64,000 nt of DNA from Burkholderiales bacterium (GTDB lineage: Bacteria > Pseudomonadota > Gammaproteobacteria > Burkholderiales > Eutrophovitaceae). How positions within the stretch are numbered: the stretch's first letter is position 1; every line of letters begins with the position of its first letter. The notes beneath the pieces are model-generated. The model saw nothing but the letters and a program-made list of their open reading frames with translations, did not search any database and was not told the origin of the DNA. The DNA lies in NCBI GenBank assembly GCA_035560005.1, contig DATMAN010000038.1, forward strand, positions 4,009-68,008, given 5' to 3'. A program made the translations under genes and the position numbers. Shown piece after piece: positions 44,165 through 53,850 of this stretch.

Positions 44165-45067
44165 ATGACCATTCACGACGGAGGATTGCCCGACCCCGGG
44201 AAGGCGGACGCGGTGTCATCGCCTTCGCCTTTTCCGACCGCTTCGCTCGGCTTTGCGAGCCGCGGGCGTCGTTCGTCCGGCTGCGTGCTGCTGGTCGGTG
44301 CCGGCCCCGGCGACCCGGAGCTGCTGACCCTGAAGGCGCTGCGCGCCATCCGGCGGGCCGACGTCGTTCTCTACGATCATCTCGTGGCGAAAGAGATCGT
44401 GGCGTTGGCGCGTGCCGATGCGCAGCTCATCTACGTCGGCAAGGAGTCCGGCCGCCACACCCTTCCGCAGCCGCGCATCAACGAGTTGCTGGTGCAGTTC
44501 GCGTCCGCCGGAAAATGCGTCGTGCGGCTCAAGGGGGGCGATCCGTTCATCTTCGGCCGTGGCGGCGAGGAGCTCGAGCAACTGGCAGCGCTGGGCATCG
44601 ACTTCCAGGTGGTACCCGGTGTGACCTCGGCCTGCGGCGTGTCCTGTTACGCGGGGATCCCGTTGACGCACCGCGACCATGCACAGTCGGTCGTTTTCGT
44701 CACCGGCCACCTGCAGGACGGCAGCGTCAACCTCGACTGGCTGGCGCTGGCGCGCCCGCGCCAGACCGTGGTGATCTACATGGGGCTCGCCGGCCTGGAG
44801 GCGATCTGCGCGCAGCTTGCGGCCCACGGGCTTCCCGGCTCGACCCCTGCCGCAGCGATCGAACGCGGCACCACCGCGCATCAGCGCGTGGTGTCGGGCG
44901 ATCTGCGCACGTTGCCGCGGCGGGTCGCGGCAGCGGAATTGCGCCCGCCGGTGCTGATCGTCGTGGGCGAAGTCGTGAAGTTGCGCGAGCAGCTCGCGTG
45001 GTACGGCGACAGCGGGCAACCGGTGCCCGAGTCGTCCCCGGAAGATCGGCTGACGCGGGTGGCCTAG
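44165..45067 (+). CDS. nirE: uroporphyrinogen-III C-methyltransferase (SUMT) for haem d1
   Basis: [36 protein letters not shown]. Start uncertain (GTG 44111 or ATG 44165). Confidence 0.8.
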   Translation: MTIHDGGLPDPGKADAVSSPSPFPTASLGFASRGRRSSGCVLLVGAGPGDPELLTLKALRAIRRADVVLYDHLVAKEIVALARADAQLIYVGKESGRHTLPQPRINELLVQFASAGKCVVRLKGGDPFIFGRGGEELEQLAALGIDFQVVPGVTSACGVSCYAGIPLTHRDHAQSVVFVTGHLQDGSVNLDWLALARPRQTVVIYMGLAGLEAICAQLAAHGLPGSTPAAAIERGTTAHQRVVSGDLRTLPRRVAAAELRPPVLIVVGEVVKLREQLAWYGDSGQPVPESSPEDRLTRVA

Positions 45068-45194
45068 AATCCGGCCTGCGGTCGTTCGCGCCGGATCGAC
45101 TCCGCCGAGGAGGACCATGCGCGCGATTCCGGTTGCGCGCGGATCGCCGCATAATGACAGACGGACCGCGCGGGCTCGAAGCGTTGGAAGCAGC

Positions 45195-45887
45195 ATGCTG
45201 ACCGTTCCGATCAAGACTCAGGCTTTCCTGAACAATCTTCCGCTGTTCCGGGAGCTGGGCGCGGAAGAGATCGATCGCATCGCGTCTGGGACGCGCGAAG
45301 TGCGCGTCAAGCGCGGCGACGTGCTGTTTCAGAAGGGTGACCCCTGCCGCGGTTTCCACATCGTTGTCTACGGCCAGGTCAAACTTCTCTTCGTCACGCC
45401 GCAGGGCGACGAGAAGGTGATCGAGATCATGGGTCCCGGGCAGAGCTTCGGTGAGGCGGTGATGTTCCTCGAAAAGCCCTACGTCGTGACCGGTCAGGCG
45501 CTGACCGACTCGATGCTGCTGCACGTGGCCAAGGAAGTGGTGTTCGAGGAGATCGAGCGCGACCCGAAGTTCGCGCGGCGGGTGATCGCGGGGCTGAGCC
45601 GCCGGCTGCATCAGCTGGTGAGCGACGTAGAGGCCTACTCCCTGCGCTCGGCCGCGCAGCGCGTGATCGGCTATCTGCTGCGCCCCGATCACGAGCACGG
45701 CGATTCTGAACGATCGCTGGCGGTGACATTGCCTGCGAGCAAGTCGGTCATCGCTTCGCGGCTCAACATCACCCCAGAACATTTCTCGCGCGTACTGCAC
45801 GAGCTGACCGAGGCGCGCCTCATAGTGGTGGATGGCCGCACGGTGCGCATTCTCGACGTCGACCGGCTGCGCGCCTACGACGGCTAG
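45195..45887 (+). CDS. dnr: Crp/Fnr-family regulator without N-terminal Cys cluster (Dnr/NnrR type)
   Basis: cNMP-like domain LPLFRELGAEEIDRIA and a C-terminal HTH ITPEHFSRVLHEL carrying the E--SR recognition motif. No Fe-S Cys motif. Confidence 0.7.
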   Translation: MLTVPIKTQAFLNNLPLFRELGAEEIDRIASGTREVRVKRGDVLFQKGDPCRGFHIVVYGQVKLLFVTPQGDEKVIEIMGPGQSFGEAVMFLEKPYVVTGQALTDSMLLHVAKEVVFEEIERDPKFARRVIAGLSRRLHQLVSDVEAYSLRSAAQRVIGYLLRPDHEHGDSERSLAVTLPASKSVIASRLNITPEHFSRVLHELTEARLIVVDGRTVRILDVDRLRAYDG

Positions 45888-46115
45888 CCGCGCCGTTCAC
45901 GCGCTGACTGGCGCGCGGCAATCTGCCGCTCGTGTTGAGCCGGGCGCCAGCCCCCGCTATCCTCCGCTTTTCGCTGCCGGTGCGGCTGCGCGCGGACGGG
46001 AATTTTTCCCGGTTGCAGGGACCGGGCGCAAACTTTGGTGGCGTGTGCGCTTCTAATGGAATCGATACCTGCGATATCCGGTCGAGCCCTGAACTGACAA
46101 AGGAGGAGAGAATCG

Positions 46116-47204
46116 ATGACGATCGTCACTGCCAAGCGCCCGTGGAGTCCTGGCGCGTTACTCGCTCTTGCGTGTCTGGCGTGTATGCCCGCGCTCGCCG
46201 CGGACGGCGGCAGGGGAATGGCTTACGTCAGTAACCAGAATGGTGATGTGACCGTCATCGATCTGGACACGCTGGAAACGGTTACGGAATTCAAGGTCGG
46301 TGCGGAGGGACCGCGCGGGATCGGAGTCACCGCGGACGGCAAGTTGCTGGTCACCGCCAACGGAGAAGCCGGCGATATCTCGGTCATCGACCGGGCGAGC
46401 GGCAGGCTCCTCAAGCGCATCCCGATCGGCAAGAACCCGGAGTTCGTCCGCATTCGCGGCAATTATGCGTTCGTCTCCTTCGAACCGGCGGCCGTCGGCG
46501 GCCCGCCGCCCAAGCCCGGCTCGGAAGAGGCAAGGGCGCTGGCCGAAGCGCGCGAAGAAGAAGATGCCGAGCCCGCCAAGATTGCCGTGGTGGACCTGAA
46601 GAAAGGCAAGGTGATTCGCGCGATCACGGGCGGGATGGAAACCGAGGGCATCGAGTTCTCCGCCGACGGCAAGCTGATCATCGTCACCAACGAGGCCGAC
46701 GAGAATCTCTCGGTGCACGAGATCGCCACCGGCAGGCTGGTGAAGAAGATCAGCACCAAGGAATACGGCAACCGGCCGCGCGGCATCAAGATGATCCCGG
46801 ACGGCAGCGGCTACGTCGCCAGCCTGGAGTTTTCCAACAAGCTGGTCGTGCTCGACAAGGATTTCGACGTCGTGAAAGTGGTGCCGACCGGCGAGGTGCC
46901 CTACGGGCTGGCTTTCGATCGCAGCGGCGAGCGCCTGTTCGTCGCCCTGGCCAAAGGCAAGGCCCTCCAGGTGTTCGATGCGAAAACCTTCGAGCCGATC
47001 AGGAACGTTCCCACCGGCGATCGCTGCTGGCATTTCACGTTCACCCCGGACGACAGCCACATTCTGGTGGCTTGCGGGCGCTCGAACGAAGTGGTCGTGA
47101 TCGACGCGAAAACCCTGGAGCCGGTCAAGCGCATCGCGGACAAGAAGATGCCGTGGGGCATTGTGACTTATCCCAAGGCGATCGGCAGCCTCGATGTGCC
47201 CTGA
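46116..47204 (+). CDS. secreted YVTN-type beta-propeller repeat protein
   Basis: Signal peptide. Repeated AYVSNQNGDVTVIDL / LLVTANGEAGDISVID / LIIVTNEADENLSVHE units. Confidence 0.65.
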   Translation: MTIVTAKRPWSPGALLALACLACMPALAADGGRGMAYVSNQNGDVTVIDLDTLETVTEFKVGAEGPRGIGVTADGKLLVTANGEAGDISVIDRASGRLLKRIPIGKNPEFVRIRGNYAFVSFEPAAVGGPPPKPGSEEARALAEAREEEDAEPAKIAVVDLKKGKVIRAITGGMETEGIEFSADGKLIIVTNEADENLSVHEIATGRLVKKISTKEYGNRPRGIKMIPDGSGYVASLEFSNKLVVLDKDFDVVKVVPTGEVPYGLAFDRSGERLFVALAKGKALQVFDAKTFEPIRNVPTGDRCWHFTFTPDDSHILVACGRSNEVVVIDAKTLEPVKRIADKKMPWGIVTYPKAIGSLDVP

Positions 47205-47226
47205 GCGCCAGCTTGCCGTGATTCGC

Positions 47227-47260
47227 AAAGAGCCTCGGCTGCGAGGCTCTTTTCGTTTTC
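47227..47260 (+). terminator. rho-independent terminator
   Basis: AAAGAGCCTCG-GCTG-CGAGGCTCTTT stem-loop followed by TCGTTTTC. Confidence 0.7.
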
Positions 47261-47324
47261 ACAGTAGCGGGACGCGAAGATCGCGGAGGAGCGCAACGCG
47301 TACAAACCTTCTGGAGGAGGAAAA

Positions 47325-47747
47325 ATGGCGAAAAGGGCATTCATCAATCCGGCGAACGTGCGCAGGATCGGCGCGTTCTCTCATGCCGCGGCCACCCAGG
47401 GCGGCGTCACGGTTCATGTCAGCGGCCAGATCGCCCTCGACAAGGACGGCAGCCTCGTCGGCAAGGGCGATCTGCGCGCGCAGACGCAGCAGGTGTTCGA
47501 GAACATCCGCATCATCCTCGAGGAAGCCGGCGGCAGCTTCAACGACGTGGTGAAGCTCACTCACTACGTCGTCGGGCTCAAGCCGGAGAACAGGGCGCTC
47601 ATCACCGAGGTGCGCAACAAGTACGTGAATCAGGCCAATCCGCCGGCCAGCACCATGATCGGAATCGACGCGCTGGTCATGGATGGGCTGCTGATCGAAG
47701 TCGAAGCGCTCGCCGTCATCGACGAAGCCCGGGCCAGGCTGGCCTGA
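47325..47747 (+). CDS. RidA/YjgF family protein (second paralogue)
   Basis: VHVSGQIALDKDG, QTQQVFENIRIILEEAGG, LLIEVEALAVI. Confidence 0.75.
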   Translation: MAKRAFINPANVRRIGAFSHAAATQGGVTVHVSGQIALDKDGSLVGKGDLRAQTQQVFENIRIILEEAGGSFNDVVKLTHYVVGLKPENRALITEVRNKYVNQANPPASTMIGIDALVMDGLLIEVEALAVIDEARARLA

Positions 47748-47776
47748 GCGATAACGGTTTCGGACAGCAGGCGATA

Positions 47777-47815
47777 CCGACACTCGACGCAGAGGCGTCG
47801 GGGTGTCGAATTTCT
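47777..47815 (+). terminator. possible bidirectional terminator hairpin
   Basis: CCGACACTCGACGC-AGAG-GCGTCGGGGTGTCG followed by AATTTCT. Lies between the convergent ridA-like gene and egtB. Confidence 0.4.
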
Positions 47816-47828
47816 CCGGGACCGTAGA

Positions 47829-49127
47829 TCAGAGATCGCGGGCGAGGCGCACGCCGGAGAACTGCCAGCGTGCGGCCGCGGGAAAGAAGTTGCGATAGGT
47901 CGCGCGGATGTGATCGTCGGGCGTGGCACAGGAGCCGCCGCGCAGCACGTACTGGTTCACCATGAACTTGCCGTTGTATTCGCCGATCGCCCCGGCGGGC
48001 GCCCGATATCCCGGATAGGGCGCATAGCTCGACTGCGTCCACTCCCACGCGTCGCCGAAGATCTGCTGCAGCCCGGGACCGGTCGCTGGGCGTGGATGCA
48101 ACGCCTCGGCGCCGGCGAGGTTGCCGGTCACCGGGAGCGAACCGGCGGCGTGCTCCCACTCGGCTTCGGTGGGCAGGCGTGCGCCGGCCCAGCGGGCGCA
48201 GGCATCGGCTTCGAAATACGAGACATGAGCCACGGGCAGGTCCGGATCGAGTGGGCGCACGCCGTTCAGCGTGAACTCGGTCCAAGCCGCGCCTTCGCGC
48301 ATCCAGTACATCGGGTGCTCCACGGCATTGGCCTGCACCCAATCCCAGCCTTCGGACAGCCATAGCAGCGGATTGCCGTAACCGCCGTCTTCGACGAACC
48401 TCAAGTACTCGCCGTTCGTCACCAGACGCGAGGCGAGCCGGTAAGGATGCAGATACTGCTTGTGGCGCGGCAGCTCGTTGTCGAAGCAGAAACCGTTGCC
48501 GTCGTGGCCGATTTCGACGACTCCGCCTTCGAACTCCAGCCACTCCAAGGGCGCAGCGCGCGCCGGCGAGGCGCTCGTGCGCCGGAGGTAGGCGGGCTTC
48601 AGCGGATTCATCGAGAGTAGATGCTTCACGTCCGTGAGAATCAGTTCCTGGTGCTGCTGCTCGTGATTCAGGCCGAGCGTGGTCAGCAGGCGCAACTCAC
48701 GGTCCTCGCCCCGCGCCGCGAGCAACGCCGCCATGCGCGCGTCGACGTCCGCGCGATAGGCGTGCACTTCGTGGAGCGCCGGGCGGGTCAGCAATCCGCG
48801 CTGAGGGCGCGGATGTTTTTCGCCCACGCCGTTGTAGTAGGAGTTGAACAGTACCCGGAAGGCCGGATTGAACGGCCGGAACGGACGCTCGTACTTCTCG
48901 AGGATGAACGTCTCGAAAAACCACGTCGTGTGCGCGAGATGCCACTTGACCGGGCTCGCGTCGGGCATCGACTGCACGCAGCAATCCTCCTCGGACAGCG
49001 GCTCGGCGAGCGCGAGCGTTCGGGCCCGCACCGCGGCGAAGTCCGCATCCGCTCCGGCGCGCGCCCGCTTCGGCGGCGGATTCCGCGACCGGTCGCGGGC
49101 TGGATCGGGTCTGCCTGGATCGTTCAT
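47829..49127 (-). CDS. egtB: ergothioneine biosynthesis sulfoxide synthase EgtB
   Basis: DinB-like N-terminus (VKWHLAHTTWFFETF, NHEQQHQEL) plus an FGE-sulfatase C-terminal domain (GDAWEWT, RGGSCATP). Confidence 0.8.
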   Translation of the reverse strand: MNDPGRPDPARDRSRNPPPKRARAGADADFAAVRARTLALAEPLSEEDCCVQSMPDASPVKWHLAHTTWFFETFILEKYERPFRPFNPAFRVLFNSYYNGVGEKHPRPQRGLLTRPALHEVHAYRADVDARMAALLAARGEDRELRLLTTLGLNHEQQHQELILTDVKHLLSMNPLKPAYLRRTSASPARAAPLEWLEFEGGVVEIGHDGNGFCFDNELPRHKQYLHPYRLASRLVTNGEYLRFVEDGGYGNPLLWLSEGWDWVQANAVEHPMYWMREGAAWTEFTLNGVRPLDPDLPVAHVSYFEADACARWAGARLPTEAEWEHAAGSLPVTGNLAGAEALHPRPATGPGLQQIFGDAWEWTQSSYAPYPGYRAPAGAIGEYNGKFMVNQYVLRGGSCATPDDHIRATYRNFFPAAARWQFSGVRLARDL

Positions 49128-49162
49128 GTCGCTGTCCGTTTTGGAGAAGACGGCCCCGCCCC

Positions 49163-50218
49163 TCACGCCCGTGCGTAACACACTGCGTACCACTGCTTTT
49201 CGTCGGTCCACGCGATGAGGTCGCGAAACCCGGCCCGCGTCAGCATCACCTCGAAGTCGCGCAAGCGGTACTTGTAGCTGTTTTCGGTGTGAATGCGTTC
49301 GCCCCGCTCGAAGTCGCGCCCCCCGCCCGGCCAGGTGACCGAAACGCCGCGCTTGGCCTCGAGGTGCATTTCCACGCGCGACGCAGGCTCGTTGAAGAAC
49401 GCCACGTGCCGCCAGTCCCTGAAGTCGAAATCCGAACCGAGCAGCGCGTTGACGTGTTCGAGTACGTTGAGATTGAACGCCGCCGTCACGCCGAGGGCGT
49501 CATCGTAGGCCGCATCCAGCACCGCCTTGTCCTTGACCAGATCGACGCTGATCAGAATGGCGCCGTCCTCGTCGCACTGCGACCGCACCGCCGCGAGAAA
49601 CGCATGCGCCTGTTCCGGCGTGAAGTTCCCGATCGACGAACCGGGGTAGAAGAACAGCCGCTTGCGGGCCCGAACCGCGTCGGGCAGGGAGAACGGCCCC
49701 GACAGATCCAGCGCGAGCGCCAGCATTTCCATTCCGGAGAACAGGTACCGCATGCTGTTCAGCGCCTCGCGCAGGTATTCGGTCGAGAGGTCGACCGCCA
49801 CGTACTGCGCGGGCTGCAACACGCCGAACAGCCGCTTTGCCTTTTCGCAATTGCCGGCGCCGAGGTCGATCAGCGTTGCGCCGCGGCCCGTGATCCTGCC
49901 GATCTGCTGGGCGTAACGCGAAAAGATGCCGGTCTCCACCCGCGTGAGGTAATACTCCGGAAGCCGCGTGATCGCTTCGAACAGCCTGGAGCCCAGCGGA
50001 TCGTAGAAGTACTTCGAAGGAATGAAGGGCGCGCTCGCGAGCAGCGCGGCATGGAGCTCTACTCGCGCGCCGGGGTAGCCTCCCGGCACGCTCGGATGCC
50101 GATAATCTCGCGGCGCGGCGGCGGCCGCTGCGCCGGGGTCATCGCCCGGGACATGGCGCTGCTCGTGCTGCGCCGCGATGCGGCGCACTCCTCCCAGCCA
50201 TTTTCTTGTGTTCGTCAT
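49163..50218 (-). CDS. egtD: L-histidine N-alpha-methyltransferase EgtD
   Basis: IPSKYFYDPLGSRLFEAITRLPEYYLTR, LIDLGAGN, FFYPGSSIGNF, IHTENSYKY. Confidence 0.8.
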   Translation of the reverse strand: MTNTRKWLGGVRRIAAQHEQRHVPGDDPGAAAAAAPRDYRHPSVPGGYPGARVELHAALLASAPFIPSKYFYDPLGSRLFEAITRLPEYYLTRVETGIFSRYAQQIGRITGRGATLIDLGAGNCEKAKRLFGVLQPAQYVAVDLSTEYLREALNSMRYLFSGMEMLALALDLSGPFSLPDAVRARKRLFFYPGSSIGNFTPEQAHAFLAAVRSQCDEDGAILISVDLVKDKAVLDAAYDDALGVTAAFNLNVLEHVNALLGSDFDFRDWRHVAFFNEPASRVEMHLEAKRGVSVTWPGGGRDFERGERIHTENSYKYRLRDFEVMLTRAGFRDLIAWTDEKQWYAVCYARA

Positions 50219-50437
50219 GGGGGCTCCCGAAGCAAATCGCTGGTGCGAGGCTGCCTGCCGATACATGGTAGACCTTCGGGGTCGCGCTGTGTTCGCGTTC
50301 TGCCTTTTCACGCGGGATGTTTTCGGGCCCGGCTTCGATTGCGGCTCGGCTCATGATCGGGCCCGCCACATGGCGGACCAATACGGCAAGCGGCGCAGCG
50401 ATAAACTACGCCACCTGGCGTATTTCGCTTCCGGACG

Positions 50438-51009
50438 GTGCCGCGTATGGTGACGCAGATACGGAATGCCCTGCCTTCCGGCAAGACCGTCGACGTGATC
50501 CTGAGCGCGCTCTACGATCTGTACCGCCATCGCGATGCGGGGACTTTCCCTGCGCGCCTCACCACCGTACTGGCGCGCGTGGTGGCCTGCGATACCGCCG
50601 CCTATGTGCGCATCGATCCCGCCGCCGGCGCGTTGGCGAAGTGGGTCGCCGAGCAGCTGGCCGAAATCTCCCCGGCCCGGCCGGCGATCCGCCGGTCACC
50701 AGCCGCGAGGCGCTCAAGGACTATCTGCGGAGCGAGCCGAGGGTGTTTACCGACGCCCGCGAGTGGATCGAACTGCTGGTGGCCGAAGACGACAAGGTTG
50801 CGGCGCTCATGACGTTCAGCGGCACGCAGCGCGGCCCGATGGGCCCGTTGCCGCCGGGCCGGGTGCTCAAAGGCCCGTTACCTTTGCATCTATCGGCCGC
50901 AGTCCGGGCAGATCGCCGAAGCCTGCGCGGAGTGGGACAATCTGAGCGCGCTGATCGAGTTGGGTCATTACCGGCAGCCGGACTGATCGAAGGCCGCTTC
51001 GCGGCTTGA
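50438..51009 (+). pseudogene. frameshifted gene fragments (regulator-like N-terminus followed by a SnoaL/ester-cyclase-like fragment)
   Basis: Frame of 50438 reads ILSALYDLYRHRDAGTFPARL...DTAAYVRID, then breaks. Frame of 50317 then reads EALKDYLRSEPRVFTDAREWIELLVAEDDKVAALMTFSGTQRGPMGPLPP. No single intact ORF. Confidence 0.35.
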
Positions 51010-51141
51010 GCACGATGGAGGAGTACCGGATCTTCGCGCCGGGCAAACCGCCCACGCCGTTCGGCCCCCAGGGACTCCGGCCCAGGCGGCCGGGCTATCC
51101 TATCGGGTCTCATGTTATCGGTCGGGCAGGTGCGCGCTCCA

Positions 51142-51609
51142 ATGAATCCCAATGAAACCGCCAGGCAGTCTGCGTTCGAGTGCAACGTGGATCGTGCAGC
51201 AGTCATCGATCGCTACTGCGAGGCCTGGTCTGAACCGGACCCGCATCGCCGCGCGGAATTGCTCGCGTCGGTATGGGCTCCAAACGCGACCTATACCGAC
51301 CCAACGGTGCATGCTGCCGGCGTGGAGGAACTCCTGTCGCACATCGCCAGGGTGCAGGCGCGTCGGCCGGGCGCGAAGGTCGTTCGTACCAGCGAACTCG
51401 ACGAACATCACCGCGTCGTGCGCTTTGCCTGGCATGTCCTCCAGGCCGATGGCACGGCCCTGCCGGAAGGCCTGGACATCGCGTTCGTTTCGGCGGACGG
51501 CACGAAGATTGAACGCATCATCGGCTTCTTCGGCCCGCTCGGGGCGCACGGTAGCGTGACTCGCGCGCCGCTGGCCGCCGAATGCCGGCCCTCTGAGGAT
51601 TTCGAGTGA
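51142..51609 (+). CDS. SnoaL-like / NTF2-fold protein
   Basis: ORF trimmed to MNPNET. VIDRYCEAWSEPDPHRRAELLASVWAPNATYTDP. Confidence 0.55.
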   Translation: MNPNETARQSAFECNVDRAAVIDRYCEAWSEPDPHRRAELLASVWAPNATYTDPTVHAAGVEELLSHIARVQARRPGAKVVRTSELDEHHRVVRFAWHVLQADGTALPEGLDIAFVSADGTKIERIIGFFGPLGAHGSVTRAPLAAECRPSEDFE

Positions 51610-52106
51610 CGCGCACGACTGCGCACAGAGTGGCAAAGCGGGAGGATCTGCCTCAGATCGTCGAGATCTACAACTCGACGATCCCATCGCGCCAGGTCAC
51701 CGCGGACATCGAGCCGGTATCCGTGGAAAGCCGGATCGCTTGGTTCAACGACCACCAGGCGGACCGTCGACCGCTCTGGGTGGTCGAGGTGGACGGCCAC
51801 GTTGCCGCGTGGTTGAGCTTTTCCTCGTTCTACGGGCGCCCGGCGTACGACAGGACGGCGGAGATCAGCCTCTACGTTCACGAGGCGCACCGAAGACAGG
51901 GCCGCGGCACGCTTCTTCTCTGCGAAGCGATCGCTCATGCGCCATCGCTCGGGCTCCACAACCTGCTGGGATTCATCTTCGCGCACAACGCGCCCAGCCT
52001 CGTTTTGTTTGCGAAATTCGGTTTTGAGCGCTGGGGCCTGTTGCCGAGGGTGGCGGTACTGGACGGCATCGAACGCGACGTCGTCATTGCGGGGCGCCAC
52101 GTATGA
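51606..52106 (+). CDS. GNAT N-acetyltransferase (phosphinothricin acetyltransferase-like)
   Basis: IVEIYNSTI...TADIEPVSVESRIAWF, YVHEAHRRQGRGTLL acetyl-CoA motif, LGFIFAHNAPSLVLFAKFGFERWG. Confidence 0.7.
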   Translation: MTRTTAHRVAKREDLPQIVEIYNSTIPSRQVTADIEPVSVESRIAWFNDHQADRRPLWVVEVDGHVAAWLSFSSFYGRPAYDRTAEISLYVHEAHRRQGRGTLLLCEAIAHAPSLGLHNLLGFIFAHNAPSLVLFAKFGFERWGLLPRVAVLDGIERDVVIAGRHV

Positions 52107-52278
52107 CGCGTCCGGTCCGCGTGGCGCCTGGCAGACCGCCGGTCCCGGCTTGAATGGGCGCACGTCGAGCGGCAAGATCAGGGAATGCCCGCTTGTCGCC
52201 GGTTCGCGACAGCGAGCGGCGATGGCGCGCGAAATTCTTGCGGCATTTCCGCTCGCGGTTTTGTATGCTTGAGTTGTC

Positions 52279-52863
52279 TTGCGCAGCGGAGTTTTTCCTA
52301 TGCCGACTCCAAGCCAGAAGCACTCGACGCAGCACTGGATCGTCTATGTGCTGCCGGTCCGGACGCTGAACGAAGCGGCGAATCTCGCGGGACGTTTCCG
52401 GGAAGGAAAAGCGTTTCGCCTCTACGTCCTCGACCGGAAGCGGCTGGTGTTTCCGGCCGGCCTGCTGATCCTGTTGATCAGCGCGCTGTGCGCCGCGGCG
52501 CCTGTGGTGTTTTTCGGCGACCTGCACCGGCATCTCGCGCTGCCGGCGGTCCTTTTGGCTCCATTCGTGCTCGTCGGCTCGCTGTTTGTCCAGGCGTACG
52601 TTTTCTTCTCATGGCTCGAGAACCGGGCGCTGGCGCGCGCGCTCGGACGTCGCGCCAGGCCGCCGCAGAGTGCATTCGCGTCATGGTTCTGGAACACGAC
52701 GGGCGTGGACCTTGGCACGGCGCCCCGGATTCCATGGATCCTCGTGGCGCTCTTCATCCTCTCGCCCCTGGCGATGCTCGCGTCCTTTGCGGCGGACGTG
52801 GCGGCGATCCTGGTCGGTCTGGCCATCCTGGCGCCATTCGTCTACTCGTACTTCGACCGATAG
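52279..52863 (+). CDS. membrane protein, unknown family
   Basis: 194-aa ORF with four hydrophobic helices. Alternative start at 52300. Confidence 0.45.
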   Translation: MRSGVFPMPTPSQKHSTQHWIVYVLPVRTLNEAANLAGRFREGKAFRLYVLDRKRLVFPAGLLILLISALCAAAPVVFFGDLHRHLALPAVLLAPFVLVGSLFVQAYVFFSWLENRALARALGRRARPPQSAFASWFWNTTGVDLGTAPRIPWILVALFILSPLAMLASFAADVAAILVGLAILAPFVYSYFDR

Positions 52864-53051
52864 CCCGATTGCGCCAAGAGCGATCATCCGCGAGCGCAGC
52901 GCTCCGGCGTGCTCGCCGCGCGGGGATCGATGCGCACTCGCGGCGATTGCCGCGGCCCTGCGCCGCGCCTAGAATCTCGACGCCCCGGCGCATCGATCGA
53001 TAATCCACGAGGCCGCGGCCCAGGGCGCGCAGTCGCGCGAGGGGGGAATCG

Positions 53052-53828
53052 TTGACCACACCCAAGGTCGTCGCCGTCACCGGCGGCGCTCAGGGACTCG
53101 GGGAGGCGGTATGCCGGCGCATGGCCGCGCGCGGCTGGATCGTCGCCGTGGTCGACGTCAATGCCGGGCAAGCCGCCGCGGTCGCCGCAGACTGTGGCCG
53201 TGCCGGCCGTGCGGGGCTGCCGATCGTAGTCGATCTCGCCACACGCGATGGTCCGGCCGAGATGATCGACGAGACGGTGCGCGCGGCAGGGCGCATCGAC
53301 GCGCTGGTCAATGGCGCCGTCGCGGCGCCCGCGGAAGCGTTTCTCGAGATGAGCGCCGAAGCCTGGGAGCGCGCGTTGCTTGTCAATGTCCGCGCCGTTG
53401 CGCTGGCCATGGCCGCCGCAGCTCGCGAAATGCGCAAGACCGGCGGCGGGCGCATCGTCAACATCACCTCGGCGGCCGCGCGCATGGCGCTGCCCGACTA
53501 CGCGGCTTACGCCGCGACCAAGGCCGCGGTCGATTCTCTCACGCGCAGCGCCGCCGTGGCGCTGGCCGGACACGGCATCCTCGTGAACAGCCTGTCTCCC
53601 GGCATGATGGACACGCCGCTGCAGCTGCGCACCGAGGAGATCTTCTGCCGGCTCGAGGGGCGCGAGGATCTGGAGTGCTTCCGCGCGGAGCGCACGGCCC
53701 GCATCCCGCTCGGCCGGCGCAGCACGCCGGAGGAGATGGCCGCGACGGTCGAGTGGATGCTGTGCGACGCGCCGGAGTACATGACCGCGGCCCGGCTCAA
53801 CGTGAGCGGCGGACTGGACAAGGACTGA
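53052..53828 (+). CDS. SDR-family oxidoreductase
   Basis: VTGGAQGLG Rossmann motif and YAATKAAV catalytic Tyr-Lys. TTG/alternative start. Confidence 0.75.
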   Translation: MTTPKVVAVTGGAQGLGEAVCRRMAARGWIVAVVDVNAGQAAAVAADCGRAGRAGLPIVVDLATRDGPAEMIDETVRAAGRIDALVNGAVAAPAEAFLEMSAEAWERALLVNVRAVALAMAAAAREMRKTGGGRIVNITSAAARMALPDYAAYAATKAAVDSLTRSAAVALAGHGILVNSLSPGMMDTPLQLRTEEIFCRLEGREDLECFRAERTARIPLGRRSTPEEMAATVEWMLCDAPEYMTAARLNVSGGLDKD

Positions 53829-53850
53829 ACGTGCGCGAGGCAACCGACCG

